From Patescibacteria group bacterium (GTDB lineage: Bacteria > Patescibacteriota > Patescibacteriia > 2-01-FULL-39-33), in NCBI GenBank assembly GCA_041649575.1, contig JBAZMW010000001.1:23944-87943 (forward strand): a stretch of DNA of 64,000 nt, written 5' to 3'. Both the position numbers and the translations under genes were made by a program. Numbering within the stretch: position 1 is the stretch's first letter; each line of letters begins with the position of its first letter. The notes below the pieces were generated by a model. It saw only the letters and a program-made list of their open reading frames with translations, was not told where the DNA came from and searched no databases. This document shows, piece after piece, positions 1 to 10,416 of this stretch.

Positions 1-277
1 AGATATAGGCAGAAAAGGTAAATTAATTTTTAAGTTAGTTAAGGATAGATTTTATTGCAGACAGTCTAATCTACCGCAAAAAGTTTTTTTTATTGATAAG
101 CTAAAAAAGTTAAAACCAGAAGGGAGGATAGCTTATAGAAAGTTTTGGCACAATGGTGATATTGAATATCGTTTGGGTTATTATGTAATCAGTCAGTATG
201 GTAAACGAAAAGGGCATTGGATGTTTGGTCAGTATAATCCGATTATGCCGCTAAGAGATTTGGAAAAAATTTTGTAA
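1..277 (+). CDS. 3' fragment of an unidentified protein-coding gene (runs in from upstream of window, stop TAA 275-277)
   Basis: Open frame from position 2 to TAA at 275-277 with no internal stops (…YRKFWHNGDIEYRLGYYVISQYGKRKGHWMFGQYNPIMPLRDLEKIL*). No recognisable domain. Confidence 0.3.
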   Translation, partial: DIGRKGKLIFKLVKDRFYCRQSNLPQKVFFIDKLKKLKPEGRIAYRKFWHNGDIEYRLGYYVISQYGKRKGHWMFGQYNPIMPLRDLEKIL

Positions 278-328
278 GAGGCAAAAAATAAAGGAATCAT
301 AGATAAAAATTTTAAAATTGTTTGAAAA

Positions 329-1516
329 TTGAAAATTTTTAAATTAAAAATTATGTCTAAAATACTCGAAGGCTCCCGCGCAATTGCGGAGACAATTAAA
401 AATATCAATGTGGGTGTAGTTTCGGCTTACCCGATTACGCCGCAGACGCATATCGTCGAAGAATTGGCCAAGCTGAAAGCCGATGGCCAAGCGGATTTTG
501 AATATGTCAAAGCCGAGAGCGAGTTCGCGGCCATTTCCATACTGGTTGGCGCTTCGGCTGCGGGAGTACGCACTTATACTGCCACTTCGGCTCAAGGATT
601 GTTGTTGATGACCGAGGTGCTCTATAATGTGGCCGGTATGCGACTGCCAATAGTGATGACCGATGCCAATCGGGCCGTCTCGGCGCCGATAAATATTTGG
701 AATGACCAGCAAGACGCCGTCACCATGCGCGATGCCGGCTGGATTATGATGTTTGGCGAGGACATTCAGGAAGTTTGCGATTTGCACGTCTTGGCTTATA
801 AAATAGCGGAAAAATGTCTGCTTCCGGTGATGGTAAATTTGGACGGTTTTGTGCTGACTCATGTGGTGGAGCCGGTGACAGTGCCGGAAATGGCAGAAAT
901 TAAGAAATATTTGCCGGATTTCAAGCTAGCAGAAAAATTGGATGTCAAAAATCCTTTGACTCTCGGCGCCTTCGCCACGCCAGCGCATTATATGGAAATC
1001 AGGCAGGAGTTGCACGACGATTTGGTCGCTTCAAAAAATATTATGGCCAAGGAAATGAAGGAGTTTAAAAAAGTTTTTGGCCGGTTGCTCACTCTGGTTG
1101 AATACTATGGCGATCAAAGTGCCGAGACAGTGATTATAGCTATGGGTTCGGTCTTGGGAACTATTAAGGAGACAGTCGATGAAATAAATAATTCTACAGG
1201 AGGGGCACACCATGGCGTGCCCGTACAAAAAGTCGGAGTTTTAAAGATTAGTTGTTTACGGCCGTTTCCAGTTGAGGAAATTTTAAAATTAATCGGCGAC
1301 AAGAAAAATATTGTGGTGATTGATAAATCTGTTTCTCTAGGCGAGGAAGGAACTTTGGCTGGTGAAATTCGTCGCGTTTTTTATGGCCGGTCCAAAGCCA
1401 ACATCACCAGCGTGATTATGGGTTTGGGCGGCAGAGATATTACCAAGGAGACGATTCTGCAGGCAATTAATCTGGCTAAAAACAGAAACGATAAAGCAGT
1501 TTTTATTGGAAAATAA
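329..1516 (+). CDS. porA: 2-oxoacid(pyruvate):ferredoxin oxidoreductase, alpha subunit (PorA/KorA-like)
   Basis: 395 aa. The N-terminus 'MSKILEGSRAIAETIKNINVGVVSAYPITPQTHIVEELAKL' is the typical POR/KOR alpha N-terminal domain. A TPP-binding beta subunit follows directly. An alternative ATG at 353 (MSKILEG) is possible. Confidence 0.8.
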   Translation: MKIFKLKIMSKILEGSRAIAETIKNINVGVVSAYPITPQTHIVEELAKLKADGQADFEYVKAESEFAAISILVGASAAGVRTYTATSAQGLLLMTEVLYNVAGMRLPIVMTDANRAVSAPINIWNDQQDAVTMRDAGWIMMFGEDIQEVCDLHVLAYKIAEKCLLPVMVNLDGFVLTHVVEPVTVPEMAEIKKYLPDFKLAEKLDVKNPLTLGAFATPAHYMEIRQELHDDLVASKNIMAKEMKEFKKVFGRLLTLVEYYGDQSAETVIIAMGSVLGTIKETVDEINNSTGGAHHGVPVQKVGVLKISCLRPFPVEEILKLIGDKKNIVVIDKSVSLGEEGTLAGEIRRVFYGRSKANITSVIMGLGGRDITKETILQAINLAKNRNDKAVFIGK

Positions 1517-1517
1517 T

Positions 1518-2420
1518 ATGGAAAAGAAATATAAAGCACCGTTATCACATTTACTTAACCCCGGCCACAGCGCTTGCGCTGGTTGCGGCATGATTATTGC
1601 TTATCGTTTGGTTTTGGACGCGGCTGGCCAAAACACCATTGTCACCAACGCCACCGGTTGTAGCGAAGTGACCACCACTCAATACCCGATGACGGCTTTT
1701 AAAGTGCCCTGGATTCATTCGTTGTTCGAAAATTCGTCTTCCCTGGCTTCGGGCATTTGGGCGGCTTTGAAATACCAGAAGAAAGATAAGGATATAAATA
1801 TTATCGCGGTGGGCGGTGACGGCGCCACCTTTGACATTGGCTTCGCGCACATTTCCGGCATGTGGGAAAGGGGCGATAATGTTTTGTATGTCTGTTTTGA
1901 CAATGAGGCTTACCAAAATACCGGTTATCAATATTCTAGCGCCACCCCACTGGACGCCAACACCTCCACCACGCCGCCGGGCAAGCGGTCACTGGGCAAC
2001 CAGAGCTACAAAAAAGACATGATCAAAATAGCTCTGGCCCACAACCTGCCTTATGTGGCCACCGCTACCACCGGCTATCCGCTGGACATCGGCGTCAAAG
2101 TTAAAAAGGCGCTGGCTATAAAAGGGCCGAAATATTTACAGCTCCACACTCCTTGTGTGCCTGGCTGGGGTATTGAGCCCAAAGACACCATAAACGTGGC
2201 CAAGCTGGCGGTGCAATCCGGATTTTATCCTATTGTCGAGTACACAAATGGCGAATTGACTGGCAAGATAAAGATTACCAAAAAAGTACCAGTGGAAGAA
2301 TTTTTAAAATTACAAAAAAGGTTTAAACATCTGTTTAGCTCGGAAGCAGGCAAGCTGGAGGTTGCTAAAATTCAAAAATTGGCGGACGAAAATATCAAAA
2401 AATTCGATTTAATTCAATAA
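1518..2420 (+). CDS. porB: 2-oxoacid:ferredoxin oxidoreductase, beta subunit (TPP-binding)
   Basis: It carries the 'GHSACAGCG' and 'GGDGATFDIGFAHISG' TPP-binding motifs. The ORF track starts at a TTG (1506) that overlaps porA. The first ATG (1518) lies 2 nt after the porA stop, so the two genes are translationally coupled. Confidence 0.8.
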   Translation: MEKKYKAPLSHLLNPGHSACAGCGMIIAYRLVLDAAGQNTIVTNATGCSEVTTTQYPMTAFKVPWIHSLFENSSSLASGIWAALKYQKKDKDINIIAVGGDGATFDIGFAHISGMWERGDNVLYVCFDNEAYQNTGYQYSSATPLDANTSTTPPGKRSLGNQSYKKDMIKIALAHNLPYVATATTGYPLDIGVKVKKALAIKGPKYLQLHTPCVPGWGIEPKDTINVAKLAVQSGFYPIVEYTNGELTGKIKITKKVPVEEFLKLQKRFKHLFSSEAGKLEVAKIQKLADENIKKFDLIQ

Positions 2421-2449
2421 TTAAACAAACTTTAGAGAGGAGGTGAAAA

Positions 2450-2881
2450 ATGTTATTAAGCTTAATGCAAATCCAGGCCAATATTAATATTGACCCGGAA
2501 AAGATGAAGCAACTGCAAGATCAGATAAATCAGCTATCGAACGCAGCCAACAGTCCGGCGGCCAAACAGGCGGTGAGCGGTTTGGCGATATTTGCCGGCT
2601 GGATGCTGGGTCTGGTGGTGGTACTGGGCATCATTATGTTAGTCATTACCATTATCAGCTTGATCGATATTTATCATTGGGGCATAACCGATAAAGCGCT
2701 TTTCGAGAAAGCCAAAGAAGAAAAAAAGAAATGGTTCATTAATTTGATTTTGATTCCCTTTATCGCCGGTGTAGTAATGATCATTCCTTTTGTCGGCTGG
2801 GTGATCGGCGGGGTGATGTATATTTATTGGTTGGTAATGGTTTTGGTATATTTTTTCGGGGTGCGCAAGAAACTGGTTTAA
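2450..2881 (+). CDS. small integral membrane protein (about 3 TM segments), function unknown
   Basis: 143 aa with a strong SD (GAGAGGAGGTG) 7 nt upstream. It has hydrophobic stretches and a K/E-rich loop. Confidence 0.5.
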   Translation: MLLSLMQIQANINIDPEKMKQLQDQINQLSNAANSPAAKQAVSGLAIFAGWMLGLVVVLGIIMLVITIISLIDIYHWGITDKALFEKAKEEKKKWFINLILIPFIAGVVMIIPFVGWVIGGVMYIYWLVMVLVYFFGVRKKLV

Positions 2882-2895
2882 TAAAAAAGTTTATT

Positions 2896-2925
2896 AAAAT
2901 TCCCCCGATTAATCGGGGGAATTTT
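2896..2925 (+). terminator. intrinsic terminator-like hairpin
   Basis: The sequence 'aaaattcccccgatt aatcgggggaatttt' forms a perfect 12-bp stem flanked by A/T runs, directly after the 143-aa gene. Confidence 0.55.
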
Positions 2926-2987
2926 AATATTGACAAAGGCAAATCTTTTTAGTAAAACCGACATCCCTAGTTTTTTCCTATAATCTT

Positions 2988-3016
2988 TTGACACCCTTGA
3001 CTTTTTCCTGTATAAT
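2988..3016 (+). promoter_or_regulatory. consensus sigma70-type promoter upstream of uvrA
   Basis: TTGACA (2988-2993), a 17-nt spacer, then TATAAT (3011-3016). uvrA's ATG is at 3063. Confidence 0.5.
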
Positions 3017-3062
3017 AAACGTTAATTTAAAAACTTAAAAATATTGTTTTAAGCGACAGGCC

Positions 3063-5936
3063 ATGAAAGATAAGATTTCTATCCACGGAGCGCGAGTCAA
3101 TAATTTGAAGAATATTGATATTGATTTGCCCAAAAATAAATTAGTGGTGATCACCGGGCTCTCCGGCTCGGGCAAATCGTCTTTGGCTTTTGATACCGTT
3201 TATGCCGAAGGGCAGAGGCGTTATGCCGAGAGTTTATCCGCTTACGCCAAGCAATTTCTGGATTTGATGGACAAGCCGGACGTCGACAGCATTGAAGGCA
3301 TGTCGCCAACCGTTGCCATTGATCAAAAATCGTCTTCCGCCAATCCGCGTTCCACGGTGGGGACAATCACGGAAATCTATGATTATTTGAGGTTGCTTTA
3401 TGCCAAAGTGGGAGTTGTCCATTGCCATTTGTGCGGCCAGGAGGTGAAAAAACAAACCCCCGATCAGATTTTGGAACAGCTTCTAAAATTACCGGCTGAT
3501 TCAAGGGTTCAGATTTTGGCGCCGGTGGTCTTTAATAAGAAAGGCACGCACACCAAACAAATCGAAGCCATCGCCAAAGCCAATTACGAATTGTTGCGTA
3601 TTGATGGTCATTTTTACAATATTGACGAGGCCAAGCAATTGAACTTGGACAAAAATTTCAGTCATACCATCGAAGTTTTGATCGACAGTTTAAGTTTGAC
3701 CAGCGGTATCAGCAGTCGCGACAAAGAAGACGTTGACTGGCAGCGTCTAAATAAAGCCATCATGCTGGCCCTGGATTATGGCAACGGTTTTATCAATGTT
3801 CATCTGCCGGAAAGCGACAAAGACTTGCCTTTCAATTTGTATTATGTTTGCCATCGTTGCGGCATTAGCATTGCCGAAGTGGAGCCGCGGAGTTTTTCTT
3901 TTAATTCGCCTTTTGGCGCCTGCCCGGCTTGCCGGGGGCTGGGTATAAAATTGGTGCCGGACAGGGATTTGATCATTCCCAACAAAAGACTGACTTTGGC
4001 CGAAGGCGCCATTAAGCCCTGGTCCAGAAATTTCGCCTCGCAAAATTCCAATTTTAAGTTGTTGGAAAAAGTAGCCCAGAAAAATAATTTCAGCCTGAAT
4101 TCTCCGGTAGCGGAATTACCCGACAGGGCGCTGGAGATTATTTTTAACGGCAGCGGTGACGAGGTCTATGAAGTCGACGGTCTGTCGAAGACCGAGGCGA
4201 GAAGAAAAATGGTTTTTGAAGGCGTGATAAAGTTTTTGGACAATAAATACAGTGAAACTAAATCGGAATATCTGCAAAAAACACTGGAAGACTACATGAG
4301 AATTTCCACTTGCCCGGTTTGTCATGGTACCAGATTAAAACCAGAAAGCCTGGCAGTCAAAGTGGTGGACAAAAACATCGCTCAAGTCAGCGGCTTGGAT
4401 GTTGATCGGTTGTTAGAATTTTTTAATGACCTGGAAAAGAAGTGGAAAGCGACTTCGCGCGAAGGAAAAATTTCCAAGCAGATTTTTAGGGAAATCACCA
4501 AAAAGTTGGGTTTTTTGAAAAACGTCGGACTAGACTATTTGACTTTAAGCCGCAGCGCTACCACCTTGGCCGGCGGCGAAGCCCAGCGCATAAAGCTGGC
4601 GACGCAAATCGGCTCGGGTTTGGAGGGAGTGGTTTATATTCTCGATGAGCCGTCAATTGGCCTGCACGCCAGGGACAATGGAAAATTAATCGACACTCTG
4701 AAGAAGTTGCGCGACAAAGGCAATTCGGTGATTGTGGTGGAACACGACGAGCAGATGATGCGGGCCGCGGATTATCTTATCGATATCGGACCGGGCGCGG
4801 GAATTTATGGCGGAGAGATTGTGGCCGAGGGTACTTTTGACCAAGTCAAAAAAAATAAAAAATCCATTACCGGCCAGTACTTGTCGGGAGTCAAAAGAGT
4901 GGAAATCAAAAAAGAATTGCATCAGGGCAATGGCAAAGCCATCAAAATTATCGGCGCCAGTGAGTTTAATCTGAAAAATATTGACGTCGAGATTCCGCTG
5001 GGCAAGCTGGTTTGCATCACCGGCGTCTCCGGCAGCGGCAAGTCGACTTTAATGACAGAAATTTTAGCCAAAGCTCTGGCTAATCGTTTTTACCGCACCA
5101 AGGATTTGCCGGGCAAACACAAGGAAATCAGAGGTTTGGATAATCTAGACAAGGTGATAGACATTGATCAGTCACCCATTGGCCGCACGCCACGCAGTAA
5201 TCCAGCCACGTACACGGGGGTGTTTACTTACGTCCGTGATTTGTACGCTAATTTACCGGAGAGCAAGGTGCGCGGCTTCAAGCAAGGCCATTTCAGTTTT
5301 AACGTTAAGGGCGGCGGTCGTTGCGAGACCTGTGCTGGTGACGGCTTGGTGAAAATCGAGATGCAATTTTTGCCAGATGTCTATGTGGAATGCGAGGAAT
5401 GTCATGGCAAGAGATATAACAAGCAGGCGCTGGAAATCCATTATCGGGGCCAGGACATCTCCGATGTTTTGCAAATGTCGGTGGCCGAAGCCAAAAAGTT
5501 TTTTACCCTTAATCAACAGATAGTCGACAAGCTGAATATCCTGGAAGAAGTTGGTTTGGGTTATTTAAAGCTGGGGCAAAGCGCCACCACACTCTCGGGC
5601 GGCGAAGCGCAAAGAGTGAAATTGGCTACCGAATTATCACGTCGTCCCACTGGCAGAACTTTATATATTCTCGACGAGCCGACCACCGGTTTGCATTTTG
5701 ATGATATAAAGAGATTATTGCAGGTGTTAAATTGCCTGGTGGAAAAAGGCAATTCGGTGTTGATCATAGAGCATAATTTAGATGTGATCAAATCCGCCGA
5801 CTGGATTATTGATTTGGGGCCGGAAGGCGGCAACCATGGCGGCGAAGTGGTGGCCGAGGGCACGCCCCAGGCGGTGGCCAAAATAAAAAATAGTTATACC
5901 GGCCAGTATTTGAAAAAAATTTTAAAACAAGCTTAA
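3063..5936 (+). CDS. uvrA: excinuclease ABC subunit A
   Basis: 957 aa with two ABC ATPase modules. Walker A '[14 protein letters not shown]' and '[10 protein letters not shown]' are present. The signature 'LSGGEAQR' occurs twice. Zinc-finger Cys clusters are present. Confidence 0.95.
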   Translation: MKDKISIHGARVNNLKNIDIDLPKNKLVVITGLSGSGKSSLAFDTVYAEGQRRYAESLSAYAKQFLDLMDKPDVDSIEGMSPTVAIDQKSSSANPRSTVGTITEIYDYLRLLYAKVGVVHCHLCGQEVKKQTPDQILEQLLKLPADSRVQILAPVVFNKKGTHTKQIEAIAKANYELLRIDGHFYNIDEAKQLNLDKNFSHTIEVLIDSLSLTSGISSRDKEDVDWQRLNKAIMLALDYGNGFINVHLPESDKDLPFNLYYVCHRCGISIAEVEPRSFSFNSPFGACPACRGLGIKLVPDRDLIIPNKRLTLAEGAIKPWSRNFASQNSNFKLLEKVAQKNNFSLNSPVAELPDRALEIIFNGSGDEVYEVDGLSKTEARRKMVFEGVIKFLDNKYSETKSEYLQKTLEDYMRISTCPVCHGTRLKPESLAVKVVDKNIAQVSGLDVDRLLEFFNDLEKKWKATSREGKISKQIFREITKKLGFLKNVGLDYLTLSRSATTLAGGEAQRIKLATQIGSGLEGVVYILDEPSIGLHARDNGKLIDTLKKLRDKGNSVIVVEHDEQMMRAADYLIDIGPGAGIYGGEIVAEGTFDQVKKNKKSITGQYLSGVKRVEIKKELHQGNGKAIKIIGASEFNLKNIDVEIPLGKLVCITGVSGSGKSTLMTEILAKALANRFYRTKDLPGKHKEIRGLDNLDKVIDIDQSPIGRTPRSNPATYTGVFTYVRDLYANLPESKVRGFKQGHFSFNVKGGGRCETCAGDGLVKIEMQFLPDVYVECEECHGKRYNKQALEIHYRGQDISDVLQMSVAEAKKFFTLNQQIVDKLNILEEVGLGYLKLGQSATTLSGGEAQRVKLATELSRRPTGRTLYILDEPTTGLHFDDIKRLLQVLNCLVEKGNSVLIIEHNLDVIKSADWIIDLGPEGGNHGGEVVAEGTPQAVAKIKNSYTGQYLKKILKQA

Positions 5937-5940
5937 ATTA

Positions 5941-5967
5941 AAAAAATCCGCTCAACGCGGATTTTTT
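5941..5967. terminator. bidirectional terminator hairpin between uvrA (+) and the convergent minus-strand gene
   Basis: The sequence 'aaaaaatccgc tcaac gcggatttttt' has a stem flanked by an A-run and a T-run. Confidence 0.55.
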
Positions 5968-5981
5968 GAAAATCAATAGAT

Positions 5982-6989
5982 TTAGATTACACCGCAGGCG
6001 ATAACCGCTTCTCCCGGCAGGGCAACCGCCGAATCAGCATGGCCCAAAATCACGCAATCATTAGTGGCGAATAAAGTTTCCTTTAGTTCGCCAAAAACAT
6101 TATAAACCCTTGCCAAGACCTGCTTCTTTTTTACCACTTGCCCCGGCTTGACTATAAAACGGATAATGCCGGAAGTAGAGACAACCGGCTGGTGGGAGTA
6201 TTTTAAAATTTTATTTCTTAATTTTGGCGGTATGGAGAAGCCAAGGTTGTTGTCGGATTCCTTGCTCATACCCAATTCTTTTAGTAATTTGAAAATAGAC
6301 TTAACTCCCTCGGCGACGATTTTTTCGTCAATAGTGTAGGCGCCACCCAGCTCAATAGTCAGGGCCGGTATATTTTCTCTAATCAAGCTTCCAGAGAGAG
6401 TTTTTTTTAAAATTTTGTCTTCTTCCGGATCTTTGCCCTCATCAATAACCAAAAAACCAGTATGCAAGCTTAATTTTTTTGTTTTTTCGTAAGCTTCTCT
6501 ATACTTATTCCCCGGGTAGGGATCGATGATGGTGTAAGGGATCGACTGAAGCCAGTCGTTGTGCAGATCCAAAACCAAGTTGGGCTTGGTTTTTAAAATA
6601 GTGGTAAAAATTTTGTCGGTAATCCTTTCAACCAGAGAGCCATTTTTATCGCCGGGAAAAGAGCGGTTCAAGTCTTCTTGCACCACTCCCAGATTGCGAG
6701 AAACCATTTCAAAGCCCACCGGGTTCATTAAAGGAAAAGCAAAAAGAGATCCCCTGAGCAGCGGTCTGTTTTTTATTTTTTTGAAAACTTCCTGAATAAC
6801 AGCGATGCCGCCCACTTCGTCTCCATGAATGCAACCGGTAAGCCAGACAACCGGTCCGGGATTTTTGCTTTTGGCCGACATTAAAGCCAGGCGCCTGTAA
6901 GATAAATCGGAGCCAGTTAGTATTTTAATAAAAGAATGGTTTATTTTTTGCTTAGTTTTTTTCATAAGATTTGTCTTTAATAGTAGCAT
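5982..6989 (-). CDS. succinylglutamate desuccinylase / aspartoacylase (AstE/AspA, M14-like zinc hydrolase) family protein
   Basis: The sequence 'VWLTGCIHGDEVGGIAV' is the Zn-binding HxxE motif of the AstE_AspA family. Length is 335 aa. Confidence 0.6.
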   Translation of the reverse strand: MLLLKTNLMKKTKQKINHSFIKILTGSDLSYRRLALMSAKSKNPGPVVWLTGCIHGDEVGGIAVIQEVFKKIKNRPLLRGSLFAFPLMNPVGFEMVSRNLGVVQEDLNRSFPGDKNGSLVERITDKIFTTILKTKPNLVLDLHNDWLQSIPYTIIDPYPGNKYREAYEKTKKLSLHTGFLVIDEGKDPEEDKILKKTLSGSLIRENIPALTIELGGAYTIDEKIVAEGVKSIFKLLKELGMSKESDNNLGFSIPPKLRNKILKYSHQPVVSTSGIIRFIVKPGQVVKKKQVLARVYNVFGELKETLFATNDCVILGHADSAVALPGEAVIACGVI

Positions 6990-7077
6990 TTTTTGCTATT
7001 TTTGTCCAGAACTTCAGCTAAAGTTGAAAAAAACAAATTTTTATGGTAATTTTAAAAACATAACGGTTAATTTTACT

Positions 7078-10000
7078 ATGTCTACTTATAAAGAGTTTTT
7101 AGATGGTGACGGTGAAAAGAAGTGGCAAGACTATTGGGAGCAAAAAAAATTATTTGCGGCCAATGATTTTGACGACCGGCCCAAGTATTATGCCTTGATA
7201 GAATTTCCTTATCCTTCGGCCGAGGGTTTGCACGTAGGTCATCCGCGCAGTTATACCGCGCTTGATATTGTGGCTAGAAAAAGACGGATGCAGGGTTTTA
7301 ATGTGCTATACCCAATTGGTTTTGACGCTTTTGGACTACCGGCAGAAAATTTTGCTATCAAAACCGGGACCCATCCGAAAATTCAAACCGATAAGAATAT
7401 CGACAATTACCGTCGACAACTCAAATCGATCGGTTTTTCTTTTGATTGGGACAGGGAAGTCAATACGACCGATCCCAAGTATTACAAATGGACGCAGTGG
7501 ATTTTTTTACAGCTGTTCAAACACGGCTTGGCTTACAAAGCGGAAGTGCCGATTAATTTTTGTACCTCTTGCAAGGTAGGTTTAGCAAATGAGGAAGTGG
7601 TGGGTGGTAATTGCGAACGTTGTGGCGGTGAGGTGGTCAAAAAGATTAAAAGCCAGTGGATGCTAAAAATCACCGACTATGCCCAGCGGTTGGACAAAGA
7701 TTTAGACCAGGTAGATTTTTTGGAAAAAATAAAAATTCAGCAACGGAATTGGATTGGCAAGAGCGAAGGAGCGGAAGTTGATTTTGCAATTAGTGGTAGT
7801 GAGGAAAAAATAAAAGTCTATACTACTCGGCCGGACACTTTGTTTGGCGCGACCTACATGGTGCTTTCTCCAGAGCACGAGCTGGTACAAAAATTAAAGG
7901 ATAAAATTAGCAATTTTCAGGAGGTCGAAAATTATCTTAGTGAGGCGGCCAAGAAATCTGATTTGGAACGCACTGAACTCAACAAAGAAAAAACCGGCGT
8001 GGAGTTAAAAGGAATTAAGGCGATAAACCCAGTTAATAATGAAGAGATTCCGATTTGGATTTCCGACTATGTGTTGGCCGGTTATGGCACGGGAGCGATT
8101 ATGGCTGTGCCGGCACATGATGAGAGAGACTTTTTATTTGCTTTGAAATATAATTTGCCGATTATCCAAGTTGTTGAATCATCAGATAAACAAGATGTTA
8201 TTAATATTAATATTCATGATGATGATCGGAGCGACACGGTTGAAAAACTAAGATTGTTGGCAATAGATAGTGAGCCAGTGGCACCGACTATACGGCGGTA
8301 TCATTTTTCCACTGAAAAACTAAATTCTTTAATGGATATTTTAAAAGGTAATAAGGTGGGGAAAGAAGATGATTATAAGTTGATAAAAAAAGCAGTTAAT
8401 TTTACTTTATATACAATCGAAGATAAGACGGAGATCGTTTTTACAAAAATATTTACCGGTGATGGAGTACATATAAATTCTGATTTTTTAAACGGCTTGG
8501 GTCTGACAGATTCCCTGGCCGAGATTATAAATTGGTTGGAAAAAAATAAATGTGGTAAAGGCGCTACTATTTACAAACTGCGTGACTGGGTATTTTCTCG
8601 CCAGCGTTATTGGGGCGAACCGATTCCTTTGGTCTTTTGCGAAAACTGCAAGAACAAGAAACAGAAGGCGTTGCTAATTCACGGTTTTGAGGGCACGGGT
8701 GATGGCAATTGGTTTGCTTGGATTAAACAAGAATTAGAGAAAGCTGGTTTTGAGGTATTCAACCCGACGATGACCACCTCGGAGCATCCGGTGTTGGAGC
8801 AATGGTTTGAGGAATTAATGCCGTTTGTCGAGCAGATGGGCGAAGATGATATCATCGTCGGTCACAGCTTGGGCGCTAAGGCGGCTTTGCATTTGATAGA
8901 GAAAGCGGGCAAGAAGTTTAAGGCCTTGTATTTAGTGGCGCCGGTGCTAAATGCGGCTTCTGACAAGGAATATGATTTATTATCTGAAAAATGGCAGGGC
9001 TCGGACATTGATTTATTAAAAAAGTTTTCTTCGGAGCCGTATGATTTCAGAAAGATCAGTGATTTAGTAGAAAGTAAAAATGTTATTTTTTCCGATGATG
9101 ATCCGTATATAAGAGTTGAGTCAAAAAATATTTTGCCGGCTGGTTGGAATAGACAAGTGTGGAATGGTTTTGGGCATTTTCAGAATAAAGAGATTTCCGA
9201 GTTGTTAAATTTAATTTCCAAGAGCAAAAATACCGGCTGGGTGGCTTTGCCGGAAATAGAGTTGCCGTTGGTTTTGCCGGAAATAAAAGAATTTCAGGCT
9301 GGCGACGACGGCGAGTCGCCATTATCCAAAGAAACAAAATGGGTGGCAACCACTTGTCTGAAGTGTGGCGGATCGGCCAAGCGGGAGACCGACACTATGC
9401 CACAATGGGCGGGCAGCTCTTGGTATTTTTTGCGCTACATCGATCCGCAAAATAATGTGGCTTTTGCCGATGAGAAAAAGCTTAGTTATTGGACACCAAT
9501 AGATTGGTATAATGGCGGCATGGAGCATACGACCCTACATTTGTTGTATTCTAGATTTTGGCACAAATTCTTGTTCGACTTAGGATATGCGCCGACAGCT
9601 GAGCCTTATGCCAAGCGTACTAGTCACGGCATGGTTTTGGGCGAGGGTAGCGAGAAGATGAGTAAGAGCCGCGGCAATGTGGTCAATCCTGATCAGGTGA
9701 TCAAGGATTGTGGCGCCGATACTCTAAGAATGTATGAGATGTTCATGGGCCCATTTGATCAGGCGATTCCCTGGGACACTAAGGGCGTGCTGGGCGTGAG
9801 AAGGTTTTTAGAAAAAGTGTGGTTGTTTTTTGGCGATGAGAAAAATATTACTAAAGAGGCTGATGAGGAGCTAGAAAGAGTGTTAAATAAAACAATTAAA
9901 AAAGTAGGCGAGGATATTGAGACGATGCATTTTAATACCGCTGTTTCAGCGATGATGATTCTCGTCAATAAAATAACGGAGAAGAAGTCGGCGACTAAAG

Positions 10001-10326
10001 AAATTTTGGAAAAATTTCTGATAATATTGTCGCCATTTGCACCGCATTTGACGGAAGAACTGTGGGGCCGACTAGGACATCAGAATAGTATCGCTTTGGA
10101 AAAGTGGCCGGCTTATGACAAAGTGTTAATAAAAGATGAGCAAGTGGAAATAGTGGTGCAAGTCAATGGTAAGGTAAGAGCTAAAATTTTGGTGTCGGCC
10201 GATATTTCGGAGGGTGAAGTAGTGGAGTTGGCTGGGCAGAATGAGAATGTTAAAAAATATTTGGAAGGGCAGCAAATTAAGAAAACGGTCTTTGTGCCGG
10301 GCAAATTGATTAGTTTTGTGGTTTAA
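7078..10326 (+). CDS. leuS: leucyl-tRNA synthetase carrying an inserted alpha/beta serine-hydrolase domain
   Basis: Class I aaRS motifs are present: HVGHPRSYTALDIVARKRRMQGFNVLYPIGFDAFGLPAE, KMSKS ('KMSKSRGN') and a C-terminal anticodon-binding region. The ORF track starts at 7024 but MSTYKEF at 7078 is the likely start. At about 1082 aa it is ~230 aa longer than typical because of the insert. Confidence 0.9.
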   Translation: MSTYKEFLDGDGEKKWQDYWEQKKLFAANDFDDRPKYYALIEFPYPSAEGLHVGHPRSYTALDIVARKRRMQGFNVLYPIGFDAFGLPAENFAIKTGTHPKIQTDKNIDNYRRQLKSIGFSFDWDREVNTTDPKYYKWTQWIFLQLFKHGLAYKAEVPINFCTSCKVGLANEEVVGGNCERCGGEVVKKIKSQWMLKITDYAQRLDKDLDQVDFLEKIKIQQRNWIGKSEGAEVDFAISGSEEKIKVYTTRPDTLFGATYMVLSPEHELVQKLKDKISNFQEVENYLSEAAKKSDLERTELNKEKTGVELKGIKAINPVNNEEIPIWISDYVLAGYGTGAIMAVPAHDERDFLFALKYNLPIIQVVESSDKQDVININIHDDDRSDTVEKLRLLAIDSEPVAPTIRRYHFSTEKLNSLMDILKGNKVGKEDDYKLIKKAVNFTLYTIEDKTEIVFTKIFTGDGVHINSDFLNGLGLTDSLAEIINWLEKNKCGKGATIYKLRDWVFSRQRYWGEPIPLVFCENCKNKKQKALLIHGFEGTGDGNWFAWIKQELEKAGFEVFNPTMTTSEHPVLEQWFEELMPFVEQMGEDDIIVGHSLGAKAALHLIEKAGKKFKALYLVAPVLNAASDKEYDLLSEKWQGSDIDLLKKFSSEPYDFRKISDLVESKNVIFSDDDPYIRVESKNILPAGWNRQVWNGFGHFQNKEISELLNLISKSKNTGWVALPEIELPLVLPEIKEFQAGDDGESPLSKETKWVATTCLKCGGSAKRETDTMPQWAGSSWYFLRYIDPQNNVAFADEKKLSYWTPIDWYNGGMEHTTLHLLYSRFWHKFLFDLGYAPTAEPYAKRTSHGMVLGEGSEKMSKSRGNVVNPDQVIKDCGADTLRMYEMFMGPFDQAIPWDTKGVLGVRRFLEKVWLFFGDEKNITKEADEELERVLNKTIKKVGEDIETMHFNTAVSAMMILVNKITEKKSATKEILEKFLIILSPFAPHLTEELWGRLGHQNSIALEKWPAYDKVLIKDEQVEIVVQVNGKVRAKILVSADISEGEVVELAGQNENVKKYLEGQQIKKTVFVPGKLISFVV

Positions 10327-10345
10327 AATTAAATTTTTTAAAAAT

Positions 10346-10384
10346 AAAGCGCGTTTGCCATCCTCCGGTGGCAAACGCGCGTTT
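10346..10384. terminator. strong bidirectional terminator hairpin
   Basis: The sequence 'aaagcgcgtttgcca tcctccgg tggcaaacgcgcgttt' has a 12-bp GC-rich stem between convergent leuS and the minus-strand ORF 10417-11472. Confidence 0.6.
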
Positions 10385-10416
10385 AAGTTTATAGTACAGG
10401 TTGGGTAAAGAGCTGG

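Noticed and set aside
344-2022. Antisense and overlapping ORFs within porA/porB (344-862 -, 1337-1591 -, 1551-1931 -, 1816-2022 +)
   Set aside because: They lie opposite or out of frame relative to well-supported OFOR genes and have no motifs.
8665-9235. LeuS insertion as an intein
   Set aside because: It lacks the N-terminal Cys/Ser and the C-terminal His-Asn plus Cys/Ser/Thr splice junction motifs. The insert has a complete hydrolase catalytic triad instead.
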